This document shows, piece by piece, positions 45,300-60,500 of a DNA stretch of 64,000 nucleotides (positions within the stretch are counted from its first letter, which is position 1; each line of letters starts with the position of its first letter). The notes beneath the pieces were generated by a model. It saw only the letters and a program-made list of their open reading frames with translations. It was not told where the DNA came from and searched no databases. The position numbers were made by a program, and so were the translations under genes. Source of the DNA: Eledone cirrhosa (Eukaryota); the NCBI GenBank assembly GCA_964016885.1, contig OZ024744.1, positions 111,042,001-111,106,000 on the forward strand, given 5' to 3'.

Positions 45300-48200
45300 C
45301 CCTGAACACACTAAACTACAGGATCCACTATAACTTAACTGGCCCTGAACACAGTAAAACTACACGATCCACTATAACTTACATTGCCCTGAACACAGCA
45401 AAACTACATAATCCACTATACCTTACCTTGCCCTGAACACAGTAAAACTACACAATCCACTATAACTTGCCTTGCTCTGAACACAGTAAAACTACACAAT
45501 CCACTATAACTTACTTTGCCATGAACACAGTAAAACTATACGATCCACTATAACTTACCTTGCACTGAACACAGTAAAACTACACAGTCCACTATAACTT
45601 ACCTTGCACTGAACACAGTAAAACTACACAATCCACTATAAATTACCTTGCTCTGAACACAGTAAAACTACACAATCCACTATAACTTAACTGGCCCTGA
45701 ACACAGTAAACTACAGAATCCACTATAACTTACCTTGCCCAGAACAAAGTAAAACTACGTAATCCACTATACCTTACCATGCCCTGAACACAGTAAAACT
45801 ACACAATCCACTATAGCTTACATTGCTCTGAACACAGTAAAACTACACAATCCACTATACCTTACCATGCCCTGAACACAGTAAAACTACACAATCCACT
45901 ATACCTTACCTTGCTCTGAACACAGTAAAACTACACAATCCACTATAACTTACCTTGCCCTGAACACAGTAAAATTACACAATCCACTATAGCTTACCTT
46001 GCCCTGAACACAGAAAAACTAAACAATCCACTATAACTTACATTGCCCTGAACATAGTAAAACTACACAATCCTCTATAAATTACCTTGCTCTGAACACA
46101 GTAAAATTACACAATCCACTATAACTTACCTTGCTCTGAACACAGTAAACCTACACAATCCACTATAAATTACCTTGCCCTGAACACAGTAAAACTACAC
46201 AATCCACTATAACTTAACTGGCCCTGAACACAGTAAAACTACACAATCCACTATAGTTTACCTTGCCCTGAACACAGTCAATCTACACAATCCACTATAA
46301 CTTACCTTGCCCTGAACACAGTAAAACTACTTAATTCACTATAACTTACCTTGCTCCGAACACAGTAAAACTACACAATCCACTATACCTTACCTTGCCC
46401 TGAACACAGTAAAATTACACAATCCACTATAGTTTACCTTGCCCTGAACACAGTAAAACTACACAAACCACTATAGTTTACCTTGCCCTGAACACAGTAA
46501 AACTACACAAACCACTATAAATTACCTTGCCCTGAACACAGTAAACTACACAATCCACTATAACTTACCTTGCTCTGAACACAGTAAAACTACACAATCC
46601 ACTATAACTTACCTTGCCCTGAACACAGTAAACTACACAATCCACTATAACTTACATTGCCCTGAACACAGTAAAACTACACAAACCACTATAAATTACC
46701 TTGTTCTGAACACAGTAAAACTACACAATCCACTATACCTTACCTTGCCCTGAACACACTAAACTACAGGATCCACTATAACTTAACTGGCCCTGAACAC
46801 AGTAAAACTACACGATCCACTATACCTTACCTTGCCCTGAACACAGTAAAACTACACAATCCACTATAACTTGCCTTGCTCTGAACACAGTAAAACTACA
46901 CAATCCACTATAACTTACTTTGCCATGAACACAGTAAAACTATACGATCCACTATAACTTACCTTGCACTGAACACAGTAAAACTACACAGTCCACTATA
47001 ACTTACCTTGCACTGAACACAGTAAAACTACACAATCCACTATAAATTACCTTGCTCTGAACACAGTAAAACTACACAATCCACTATAACTTAACTGGCC
47101 CTGAACACAGTAAACTACAGAATCCACTATAACTTACCTTGCCCAGAACAAAGTAAAACTACGTAATCCACTATACCTTACCATGCCCTGAACACAGTAA
47201 AACTACACAATCTACTATAGCTTACATTGCTCTGAACACAGTAAAACTACACAATCCACTATACCTTACCATGCCCTGAACACAGTAAAACTACACAATC
47301 CACTATACCTTACCTTGCTCTGAACACAGTAAAACTACACAATCCACTATAACTTACCTTGCCCTGAACACAGTAAAACTACACAATCCACTATAGCTTA
47401 CCTTGCCCTGAACACAGAAAAACTAAACAATCCACTATAACTTACATTGCCCTGAACATAGTAAAACTACACAATCCTCTATAAATTACCTTGCTCTGAA
47501 CACAGTAAAATTACACAATCCACTATAACTTACCTTGCTCTGAACACAGTAAACCTACACGATCCACTATAAATTACCTTGCCCTGAACACAGTAAAACT
47601 ACACAATCCACTATAACTTAACTGGCCCTGAACACAGTAAAACTACACAATCCACTATAGTTTACCTTGCCCTGAACACAGTCAAACTACACAATCCACT
47701 ATAACTTACCTTGCCCTGAACACAGTAAAACTACTTAATTCACTATAACTTACCTTGCTCCGAACACAGTAAAACTACACAATCCACTATACCTTACCTT
47801 GCCCTGAACACAGTAAAATTACACAATCCACTATAGTTTACCTTGCCCTGAACACAGTAAAACTACACAAACCACTATAGTTTACCTTGCCCTGAACACA
47901 GTAAAACTACACAAACCACTATAACTTACCTTGCTCTGAACACAGTAAACTACACAATCCACTATAACTTACCTTGCTCTGAACACAGTAAAACTACACA
48001 ATCCACTATACCTTACCTTGCCCTGAACACAGTAAAACTACACAATCCACTATAAGTTACCTTGCTCTGAACACAGTAAAACTACACAATCCACTATAAC
48101 TTGCCTTGCTCTGAACACAGTAAAACTACACAATCCACTATAACTTACTTTGCCATGAACACAGTAAAACTACACGATCCACTATAACTTACCTTGCACT

Positions 48201-50330
48201 GAACACAGTAAAACTACACAATCCACTATAACTTACCTTGCACTGAACACAGTAAAACTACACAATCCACTATAAATTACCCTGCCCTGAACACAGTAAA
48301 ACTACACAATCCACTATAACTTACCTTGCTCTGAACACAGTAAAACTACACAATCCACTATAACTTAACTGGCCCTGAACACAGTAAACTACAGAATCCA
48401 CTATAACTTACCTTGCCCTGAACACAGTAAAACTACACAATCCACTATAACTTACCTTGCCCTTAACACAGTAAAACTACACAATCCACTATAGCTTACC
48501 TTGCCCTGAACACAGTAAAACTACACAATCCACTATGAATTACCTTGCTCTGAACACAGTAAAACTACACAATCCACTATGAATTACCTTGCACTGAACA
48601 CAGTAAAACTACACAATCCACTATAACTTAACTGGCCCTGAACACAGTAAAACTACACAATCCACTATAACTTAACTGGCCCTGAACACAGTAAAACTAC
48701 ACAATCCACTATAAGTTACCTTGCCCTGAACACTGTAAACTACACAATCCACTATAACTTACATTGCCCTGAACACAGTAAAACTACACAAACCACTATA
48801 AATTACCTTGTTCTGAACACAGTAAAACTACACAATCCACTATACCTTACCTTGCCCTGAACACAGTAAAACTACACAATCCACTATAACTTACTTTGCC
48901 CTGAACATATTAAAACTACACAAACCACTATAAATTACCTTGCCCTAAACACAGTAAAACTTTATAATCCACTATAACTTAACTGGCCCTGAACACACTA
49001 AACTACAGGATCCACTATAACTTACATTGCTCTGAACACAGGAAAACTACACAAACCACTATAACTTACATTGCCCTGAACACAGTAAAACTACACAAAC
49101 CACTATAAATTACCTTGTTCTGAACACAGTAAAACTACACAATCCACTATACCTTACCTTGCCCTGAACACACTAAACTACAGGATCCACTATAACTTAA
49201 CTGGCCCTGAACACAGTAAAACTACACGATCCACTATAACTTACATTGCCCTGAACACAGTAAAACTACACAATCCACTATAACTTGCCTTGCTCTGAAC
49301 ACAGTAAAACTACACAATCCACTATAACTTACTTTGCCATGAACACAGTAAAACTATACGATCCACTATAACTTACCTTGCACTGAACACAGTAAAACTA
49401 CACAGTCCACTATAACTTACCTTGCACTGAACACAGTAAAACTACACAATCCACTATAAATTACCTTGCTCTGAACACAGTAAAACTACACAATCCACTA
49501 TAACTTAACTGGCCCTGAACACAGTAAACTACAGAATCCACTATACCTTACCATGCCCTGAACACAGTAAAACTACACAATCCACTATAGCTTACATTGC
49601 TCTGAACACAGTAAAACTACACAATCCACTATACCTTACCATGCCCTGAACACAGTAAAACTACACAATCCACTATACCTTACCTTGCTCTGAATACAGT
49701 AAAACTACACAATCCACTATAACTTACCTTGCCCTGAACACAGTAAAACTACACAATCCACTATAGCTTACCTTGCCCTGAACACAGAAAAACTAAACAA
49801 TCCACTATAACTTACATTGCCCTGAACATAGTAAAACTACACAATCCTCTATAAATTACCTTGCTCTGAACACAGTAAAATTACACAATCCACTATAACT
49901 TACCTTGCTCTGAACACAGTAAACCTACCCAATCCACTATAAATTACCTTGCCCTGAACACAGTAAAACTACACAATCCACTATAACTTAACTGGCCCTG
50001 AACACAGTAAAACTACACAATCCACTATAGTTTACCTTGCCCTGAACACAGTCAAACTACACAATCCACTATAACTTACCTTGCCCTGAACACAGTAAAA
50101 CTACTTAATTCACTATAACTTACCTTGCTCCGAACACAGTAAAACTACACAATCCACTATACCTTACCTTGCCCTGAACACAGTAAAATTACACAATCCA
50201 CTATAGTTTACCTTGCCCTGAACACAGTAAAACTACACAAACCACTATAGTTTACCTTGCCCTGAACACAGTAAAACTACACAAACCACTATAAATTACC
50301 TTGCCCTGAACACAGTAAAACTACACAATC
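45300..50330. repeat. 32-monomer (1,404-bp) higher-order repeat, two tandem copies plus a third displaced copy
   Basis: TATACGATCC at 45537, 46941 and 49355; GCTCCGAAC at 46353, 47757 and 50127. Confidence 0.85.
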
Positions 50331-53300
50331 CTCTATAACTTACATTGCTCTGAACACAGTAAAACTACACAATCCACTATAAATTACCTTGCCCTGAACA
50401 CAGTAAAACTACACAATCAACTATAACTTACCTTGCCCTGAACACAGTAAACAACACAATCCACTATAACTTACCTTGCTCTGAACACAGTAAAACTACA
50501 CAATCCACTATACCTTACCTTGCCCTGAACACAGTAAAACTACACAATCCACTATAAGTTACCTTGCTCTGAACACAGTAAAACTACACAATCCACTATA
50601 ACTTACCTTGCCCTGAACACAGTAAACTACACAATCCACTATAACTTACATTGCCCTGAACACAGTAAAACTACACAAACCACTATAAATTACCTTGTTC
50701 TGAACACAGTAAAACTACACAATCCACTATACCTTACCTTGCCCTGAACACACTAAACTACAGGATCCACTATAACTTAACTGGCCCTGAACACAGTAAA
50801 ACTACACGATCCACTATAACTTACATTGCCCTGAACACAGTAAAACTACACAATCCACTATAACTTGCCTTGCTCTGAACACAGTAAAACTACACAATCC
50901 ACTATAACTTACTTTGCCATGAACACAGTAAAACTACACGATCCACTATAACTTACCTTGCACTGAACACAGTAAAACTACACAATCCACTATAACTTAC
51001 CTTGCACTGAACACAGTAAAACTACACAATCCACTATAAATTACCCTGCCCCGAACACAGTAAAACTACACAATCCACTATAACTTACCTTGCTCTGAAC
51101 ACAGTAAAACTACACAATCCACTATAACTTAACTGGCCCTGAACACAGTAAACTACAGAATCCACTATAACTTACCTTGCCCTGAACACAGTGAAACTAC
51201 ACAATCCACTATAAATTACCTAGCTCTGAACACAGTAAAACTACACAATCCACTATAACTTACCTTGCCCTGAACACAGTAAAACTACACAATCCACTAT
51301 AGCTTACCTTGCCCTGAACACAGTAAAACTACACAATCCACTATGAATTACCTTGCTCTGAACACAGTAAAACTACACAATCCACTATAAATTACCTTGC
51401 ACTGAACACAGTAAAACTACACAATCCACTATAACTGAACTGGCCCTGAACACAGTAAAACTACACAATCCACTATAACTTAACTGGCCCTGAACACAGT
51501 AAAACTACACAATCCACTATAACTTAACTGGCCCTGAACACAGTAAAACTACACAATCCACTATAAGTTACCTTGCTCTGAACACAGTAAAACTACACAA
51601 TCCACTATAACTTACCTTGCCCTGAACACTGTAAACTACACAATCCACTATAACTTACATTGCCCTGAACACAGTAAAACTACACAAACCACTATAAATT
51701 ACCTTGTTCTGAACACAGTAAAACTACACAATCCACTATACCTTACCTTGCCCTGAACACAGTAAAACTACACAATCCACTATAACTTACTTTGCCCTGA
51801 ACATATTAAAACTACACAAACCACTATAAATTACCTTGCCCTAAACACTGTAAAACTTTATAATCCACTATAACTTAACTGGCCCTGAACACACTAAACT
51901 ACAGGATCCACTATAACTTACATTGCTCTGAACACAGGAAAACTACACAAACCACTATAACTTACATTGCCCTGAACACAGTAAAACTACACAAACCACT
52001 ATAAATTACCTTGTTCTGAACACAGTAAAACTACACAATCCACTATACCTTACCTTGCCCTGAACACACTAAACTACAGGATCCACTATAACTTAACTGG
52101 CCCTGAACACAGTAAAACTACACGATCCACTATAACTTACATTGCCCTGAACACAGTAAAACTACACAATCCACTATAACTTGCCTTGCTCTGAACACAG
52201 TAAAACTACACAATCCACTATAACTTACTTTGCCATGAACACAGTAAAACTACACAATCCACTATAACTTACCTTGCACTGAACACAGTAAAACTACACA
52301 ATCCACTATAAATTACCCTGCCCTGAACACAGTAAAACTACACAATCCACTATAACTTACCTTGCTCTGAACACAGTAAAACTACACAATCCACTATAAC
52401 TTAACTGGCCCTGAACACAGTAAACTACAGAATACACTATAACTTACCTTGCCCTGAACACAGTAAAACTACACAATCCACTATAAATTACCTTGCTCTG
52501 AACACAGTAAAACTACACAATCCACTATAACTTACCTTGCCCTGAACACAGTAAAACTACACAATCCACTATAGCTTACCTTGCCCTGAACACAGTAAAA
52601 CTACACAATCCACTATGAATTAGCTTGCTCTGAACACAGTAAAACTACACAATCCACTATAAATTACCTTGCACTGAACACAGTAAAACTACACAATCCA
52701 CTATAACTGAACTGGCCCTGAACACAGTAAAACTACACAATCCACTATAACTTAACTGGCCCTGAACACAGTAAAACTACACAATCCACTATAACTTAAC
52801 TGGCCCTGAACACAGTAAAACTACACAATCCACTATAAGTTACCTTGCTCTGAACACAGTAAAACTACACAATCCACTATAACTTACCTTGCCCTGAACA
52901 CAGTAAACTACACAATCCACTATAACTTACATTGCCCTGAACACAGTAAAACTACACAAACCACTATAAATTACCTTGTTCTGAACACAGTAAAACTACA
53001 CAATCCACTATACCTTACCTTGCCCTGAACACAGTAAAACTACACAATCCACTATAACTTACTTTGCCCTGAACATATTAAAACTACACAAAGCACTATA
53101 AATTACCTTGCTCTAAACACAGTAAAACTTTATAATCCACTATAACTTAACTGGCCCTGAACACACTAAACTACAGGATCCACTATAACTTACATTGCTC
53201 TGAACACAGGAAAACTACACAAACCACTATAACTTAACTGACCCTGAACACAGTAAAACTACACAATCCACTATAACTTAACTGACCCTGAACACAGTAA

Positions 53301-53529
53301 AACTACACAATCCACTATAACTTAACTGGCCCTGAACACAGTAATATACAGGATCCACTATAACTTACCTTGCTCTGAACACAGTAAAACTACACGATCC
53401 ACTATAACTTACATTGCCCTGAGCACAGTAAAACTACACAATCCACTATAACTTGCCTTGCTCTGAACACAGTAAAACTACACAATCCACTATAACTTAC
53501 TTTGCCATGAACACAGTAAAACTACACAA

Positions 53530-54370
53530 TCCACTATAACTTACCTTGCACTGAACACAGTAAAACTACACAATCCACTATAACTTACCTTGCACTGAAC
53601 ACAGTAAAACTAAACAATCCACTATAACTTACATTGCCCTGAACACAGTATAACTACATAATCCACTATAAATTACCTTGCTCTGAACACGGTAAAATTA
53701 CGCAATCCACTATAACTTACCTTGCTCTGAACACAGTAAACCTACACAATCCACTATAAATTACCTTGCCCTGAACACAGTAAAACTACACAATCCACTA
53801 TAAGTTACCTTGCTCTGAACACAGTAAAACAACACAATCCACTATAACTTATCTGGCCCTGAACACAGTAAAACTACACAATCCACTATAACTTACCATG
53901 CCCTGAACACAGTAAAACTAAACAATCCACTATAACTTACATTGCCCTGAACACAGTAAAATTACACAAACCACTATAAATTACCTTGCCGCGAACACAG
54001 TAAAACTACAAAATCCACTATAACTTACCTTGCACTGAACACAGTAAAACTACACAATCCACTATAACTTACCTTGCACTGAACACAGTAAAACTAAACA
54101 ATCCACTATAACTTACATTGCCCTGAACACAGTAAAACTACATAATCCACTATAAATTACCTTGCTCTGAACACAGTAAAATTACACAATCCACTATAAC
54201 TTACCTTGCTCTGAACACAGTAAACCTACACAATCCACTATAAATTACCTTGCCCTGAACACAGTAAAACTACACAATCCACTATAAGTTACCTTGCTCT
54301 GAACACAGTAAAACAACACAATCCACTATAACTTATCTGGCCCTGAACACAGTAAAACTACACAATCCAC
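53530..54370. repeat. Local 484-bp (11-monomer) duplication
   Basis: ACTTATCTGG at 53847 and 54331, with shared flanking AAACCTAC and AAAACAACAC variants. Confidence 0.78.
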
Positions 54371-57300
54371 TATAAATTACCTTGCCCTGAACACAGTAAA
54401 ACTACACAATCCACTATAACTTACCTTGCCCTGGACACAGTAAAACTACACAATCCACTATAACTTACCTTGCTCTGAACACAGTAAAACTACACAATCC
54501 ACTATACCTTACCTTGGCCTGAACACAGTAAAACTACACAATCCACTATAGCTTACATTGCTCTGAACACAGTAAAACTACACAATCCATTATAGCTTAC
54601 CTTGCCCTGAAAACAGTGGAACTACACAATCCACTATAAATTACCTTGCTCTGAACACAGTAAAACTACACAATCCACTATAACTTAACTTGCTCTGAAC
54701 ACAGTAAAACTACACAATCCACTATAACTTACCTTGCTCTGAACACAGTAAAACTACACAATCCACTATAACTTACTTTGCCATGAACACAGTAAAACTA
54801 CACAATCCACTATAACTTACCTTGCACTGAACACAGTAAAACTACACAATCCACTATAGTTTACCTTGCCCTGAACACAGTAAAACTACACAATCCACAA
54901 TAACGTACCTTGCCCTGAACACAGTAAAACTACTTAATTCACTATAACTTACCTTGCTCTGAACACAGTAAAACTACACAATCCACTATACCTTACCTTG
55001 CCCTGAACACAGTAAAACTACACAATCCACTAAAACTTACCTTGTTCTGAACACAGTAAAACTACACAATCCACTCTAACTTACCTTGCCCGGAACAAAG
55101 TAAAACTACGTAATCCACTATACCTTACCTTGCCCTGAACACAATGAAACTACACAATCCACTATAACTTACCTTGCTCTGAACACAGTAAAACTACACA
55201 ATCCACTATAAATTACCTTGCCCTGAACACAGTAAAACTACACAATCCACTATTACTTACCTTGCCCTGAACACAGAATAACTACACAATCCACTATAAC
55301 TTAACTGGCCCTGAACACAGTAAAACTACACAATCCACTATTACTTACCTTGCTCTGAACACAGTAAAACTACACAATCCACTATTACTTACCTTGCTCT
55401 GAACACAGAAAAACTACACAATCCACTATAACCTACTTTGCCATGAACACAGTAAAACTACACAATCCACTATTACTTACCTTGCTCTGAACACAGAAAA
55501 ACTACACAATCCACTATAACTTACTTTGCCATGAACACAGTAAAACTACACAATCCACTATAACTTAACTGGCCCTGAACACAGTAACACTACACAATCA
55601 ACTATAACTTACCTTGCTCTGAACACAGTAAAACTACACAATGCACTATAACTTACTTTGCCATGAACACAGTAAAACTACACAATCCACTAAAACTTAC
55701 CTTGCACTGAACACAGTAAAACTACACAATCCACTATAAATTACCTTGTTCTGAACACAGTAAAACTACACAATCCACTCTAACTTACCTTGCCCGGAAC
55801 AAAGTAAAACTACGTAATCCACTATACCTTACCTTGCCCTGAACACAGTGAAACTACACAATCCACTATAACTTACCTTGCTCTGAACACAGTAAAACTA
55901 CACAATCCACTATAACTTACTTTGCCATGAACACAGTAAAACTACACAATCCACTATAACTTAACTGGCCCTGAACACAGTAACACTACACAATCAACTA
56001 TAACTTACCTTGCTCTGAACACAGTAAAACTACACAATGCACTATAACTTACTTTGCCATGAACACAGTAAAACTACACAATCCACTAAAACTTACCTTG
56101 CACTGAACACAGTAAAACTACACAATCCACTATAAATTACCTTGTTCTGAACACAGTAAAACTACACAGTCCACTCTAACTTACCTTGCCCGGACCAAAG
56201 TAAAACTACGTAATCCACTATACCTTACCTTGCCCTGAACACAGTGAAACTACACAATCAACTATAACTTACCTTGCTCTGAACACAGTAAAACTACACA
56301 ATCCACTATAACTTACTTTGCCATGAACACAGTAAAACTACACAATCCACTATAACTTACCTTGCACTGAACACAGTAAAACTACACAATCCACTATAAC
56401 TTACCTTGCACTGAACACAGTAAAACTACACAATCCACTATAACTTAACTGGCCCTGAACACAGTAAAACTACACAATCCACTATAACTTAACTGGCCCT
56501 GAACACAGTAAAACTACAGAATCCACTATAACTTACCTTGCCCAGAACAAAGTAAAACTACGTAATCCACTATACCTTACCATGCCCTGAACACAGTAAA
56601 ACTACACAATCCACTATACCTTACCATGCCCTGAACACAGTAAAACTACACAATCCACTATAGCTTACCTTGCCCTGAACACAGAAAAACTAAACAATCC
56701 ACTATAACTTACATTGCCCTGAACACAGTAAAACTACACAATCCACTATAAATTACCTTGCTCTGAACACAGTAAAATTACACAATCCACTATAACTTAC
56801 CTTGCTCTGAACACAGTAAACCTACACAATCCACTATAAATTACCTTGCCCTGAACACAGTAAAATTACACAATCCACTATAAGTTACCTTGCTCTGAAC
56901 ACAGTAAAACAACACAATCCACTATAACTTAACTGGCCCTGAACACAGTAAAACTACACAATCCACTATAACTTACCATGCGCTGAACACAGTAAAACTA
57001 AACAATCCACTATAACTTACATTGCCCTGAACACAGTAAAATTACACAAACCACTATAAATTACCTTGCCCGGAACACAGTAAAACTACACAATCCACTA
57101 TAAATTACCTTGCCCTGAACACAGTAAAACTACACAATCCACTATAACTTACCTTGCCCTGGACACAGTAAAACTACACAATCCACTATAACTTACCTTG
57201 CTCTGAACACAGTAAAACTACACAATCCACTATACCTTACCTTGGCCTGAACACAGTAAAACTACACAATCCACTATAGCTTACATTGCTCTGAACACAG

Positions 57301-57595
57301 TAAAACTACACAATCCATTATAGCTTACCTTGCCCTGAAAACAGTGGAACTACACAATCCACTATAAATTACCTTGCTCTGAACACAGTAAAACTACACA
57401 ATCCACTATAACTTACCTTGCTCTGAACACAGTAAAACTACACAATCCACTATAACTTACCTTGCTCTGAACACAGTAAAACTACACAATCCACTATAAC
57501 TTACTTTGTCATGAACACAGTAAAACTACACAATCCACTATAACTTACCTTGCACTGAACACAGTAAAACTACACAATCCACTATAGTTTACCTT

Positions 57596-60500
57596 GCCCT
57601 GAACACAGTAAAACTACACAATCCACAATAACGTACCTTGCCCTGAACACAGTAAAACTACTTAATTCACTATAACTTACCTTGCTCTGAACACAGTAAA
57701 ACTACACAATCCACTATACCTTACCTTGCCCTGAACACAGTAAAACTACACAATCCACTATAGCTTACATTGCTCTGAACACAGTAAAACTACACAATCC
57801 ACTATAAATTACCTTGCCCTGAACACAGTAAAACTACACAATCCACTATTACTTACCTTGCCCTGAACACAGAATAACTACACAATCCACTATAACTTAA
57901 CTGGCCCTGAACACAGTAAAACTACACAATCCACTATTACTTACCTTGCTCTGAACACAGTAAAACTACACAATCCACTATTACTTACCTTGCTCTGAAC
58001 ACAGAAAAACTACACAATCCACTATAACTTAATTTGCCATGAACACAGTAAAACTACACAATCCACTATTACTTACCTTGCTCTGAACATAGAAAAACTA
58101 CACAATCCACTATAACTTACTTTGCCATGAACACAGTAAAACTACACAATCCACTATAACTTAACTGGCCCTGAACACAGTGACACTACACAATCAACTA
58201 TAACTTACCTTGCTCTGAACACAGTAAAACTACACAATGCACTATAACTTACTTTGCCATGAACACAGTAAAACTACACAATCCACTAAAACTTACCTTG
58301 CACTGAACACAGTAAAACTACACAATCCACTATAACAAACATTGCCCGGAACAAAGTAAAACTACGTAATCCACTATACCTTACCTTGCCCTGAACACAG
58401 TGAAACTACACAATCCACTATAACTTACCTTGCTCTGAACACAGTAAAACTACACAATCCACTATACCTTACCTTGCCCTGAACACAGTAAAACTACATA
58501 ATCCACTATAGTTTACCTTGCCCTGAACACAATAAAACTACACAATCCACTATAAATTACCTTGCTCTGAACACAATAAAACTACACAATCCACTATAAC
58601 TTAACTGGCCCTGAACACAGTAAAACTACACAATCCACTATAACTTACCTTGCCCTGAACACAGTAAAACTACACAATCCACTATAACAAACATTGCCCT
58701 GAACACGGTAAAACTACACAAACCACTATAAATTACCTTGCCCTGAACACAGTAAAACTACATAATCCACTATAGTTTACCTTGCCCTGAACACAATAAA
58801 ACTACACAATCCACTATAACGTACCTTGCCCTGAACACAGTAAAACTACTTAATTCACTATAACTTACCTTGCTCTGAACACAGTAAAACTACACAATCC
58901 ACTATACCTTACCTTGCCCTGCACACAGTAAAACTACACAATCCACTATAACTTACCTTGCCCTGAACACAGTAAAACTACACAATCCTCTATAACTTAC
59001 CTTGCTGTGAACACAGTAAAACTACACAATCCACTATGCCTTACCTTGCCCTGAACACAGTAAAACTACACAATCCTCTATAACTTACATTGCCCTGAAC
59101 ACAGTAAAACTACACAATCCACTATTACTTACATTGCTCTGAACACAGAAAAACTACACAATCCACTATAACTTACTTTGCCATGAACAGAGTAAAACTA
59201 CACAATCCACTACAACTTACCTTGCACTGAACACAGTAAAACTACACAATCCACTATAAGTTACCTTCCTCTGAACACAGTAAAACTACACAATCCACTA
59301 TAACTTAACTGGCCCTGAACACAGTAACACTACACAATCCACTCTAACTTACCTTGCCCAGAACAAAGTATAACTACGTAATCCACTATACCTTACCTTG
59401 CCCTGAACACAGTCAAACTACACAATCCACTATAGCTTACATTGCTCTGAACACAGTAAAACTACACAATCCACTATAGCTTACCTTGCCCTGAACACAG
59501 TAAAACTACACAATCCACTATAGCTTACCTTGCCCTGAACACAGAAAAACTAAACAATCCACTATAACTTACATTGCCCTGAACACAGTAAAACTACACA
59601 ATCCACTATAAATTACCTTGCTCTGAACACAGTAAAATTACACAATCCACTATAACTTACTTTGCCATGAACACAGTAAAACTACACAATCCACTACAAC
59701 TTACCTTGCACTGAACACAGTAAAACTACACAATCCACTATAAATTACCTTCCTCTGAACACAGTAAAACTACACAATCCACTATAACTTAACTGGCCCT
59801 GAACACAGTAACACTACACAATCCACTCTAACTTACCTTGCCCAGAACAAAGTATAACTACGTAATCCACTATACCTTACCTTGCCCTGAACACAGTCAA
59901 ACTACACAATCCACTATAGCTTACATTGCTCTGAACACAGTAAAACTACACAATCCACTATAGCTTACCTTGCCCTGAACACAGTAAAACTACACAATCC
60001 ACTATAGCTTACCTTGCCCTGAACACAGAAAAACTAAACAATCCACTATAACTTACATTGCCCTGAACACAGTAAAACTACACAATCCACTATAAATTAC
60101 CTTGCTCTGAACACAGTAAAATTACACAATCCACTATAACTTACCTTGCTCTGAACACAGTAAACCTACACAATCCACTATAAATTACCTTGCCCTGAAC
60201 ACAGTAAACTACACAATCCACTATAAGTTACCTTGCTCTGAACACAGTAAAACAACACAATCCACTAAAACTTAACTGGCCCTGAACACAGTAAAACTAC
60301 ACAATCCACTATACCTTACTTTGCTCTGAACACAGTAGAACTACACAATCCACTATACCTTACCTTGGCCTGAACACAGTAAAACTACACAATCCACTAT
60401 AACTTACCTTGCTCTGAACACAGTAAAACTACACAATCCACTATAACTTACCTTGCTCTGAACACAGTAAAACTACACAATCCACTATAAATTACCTTGC

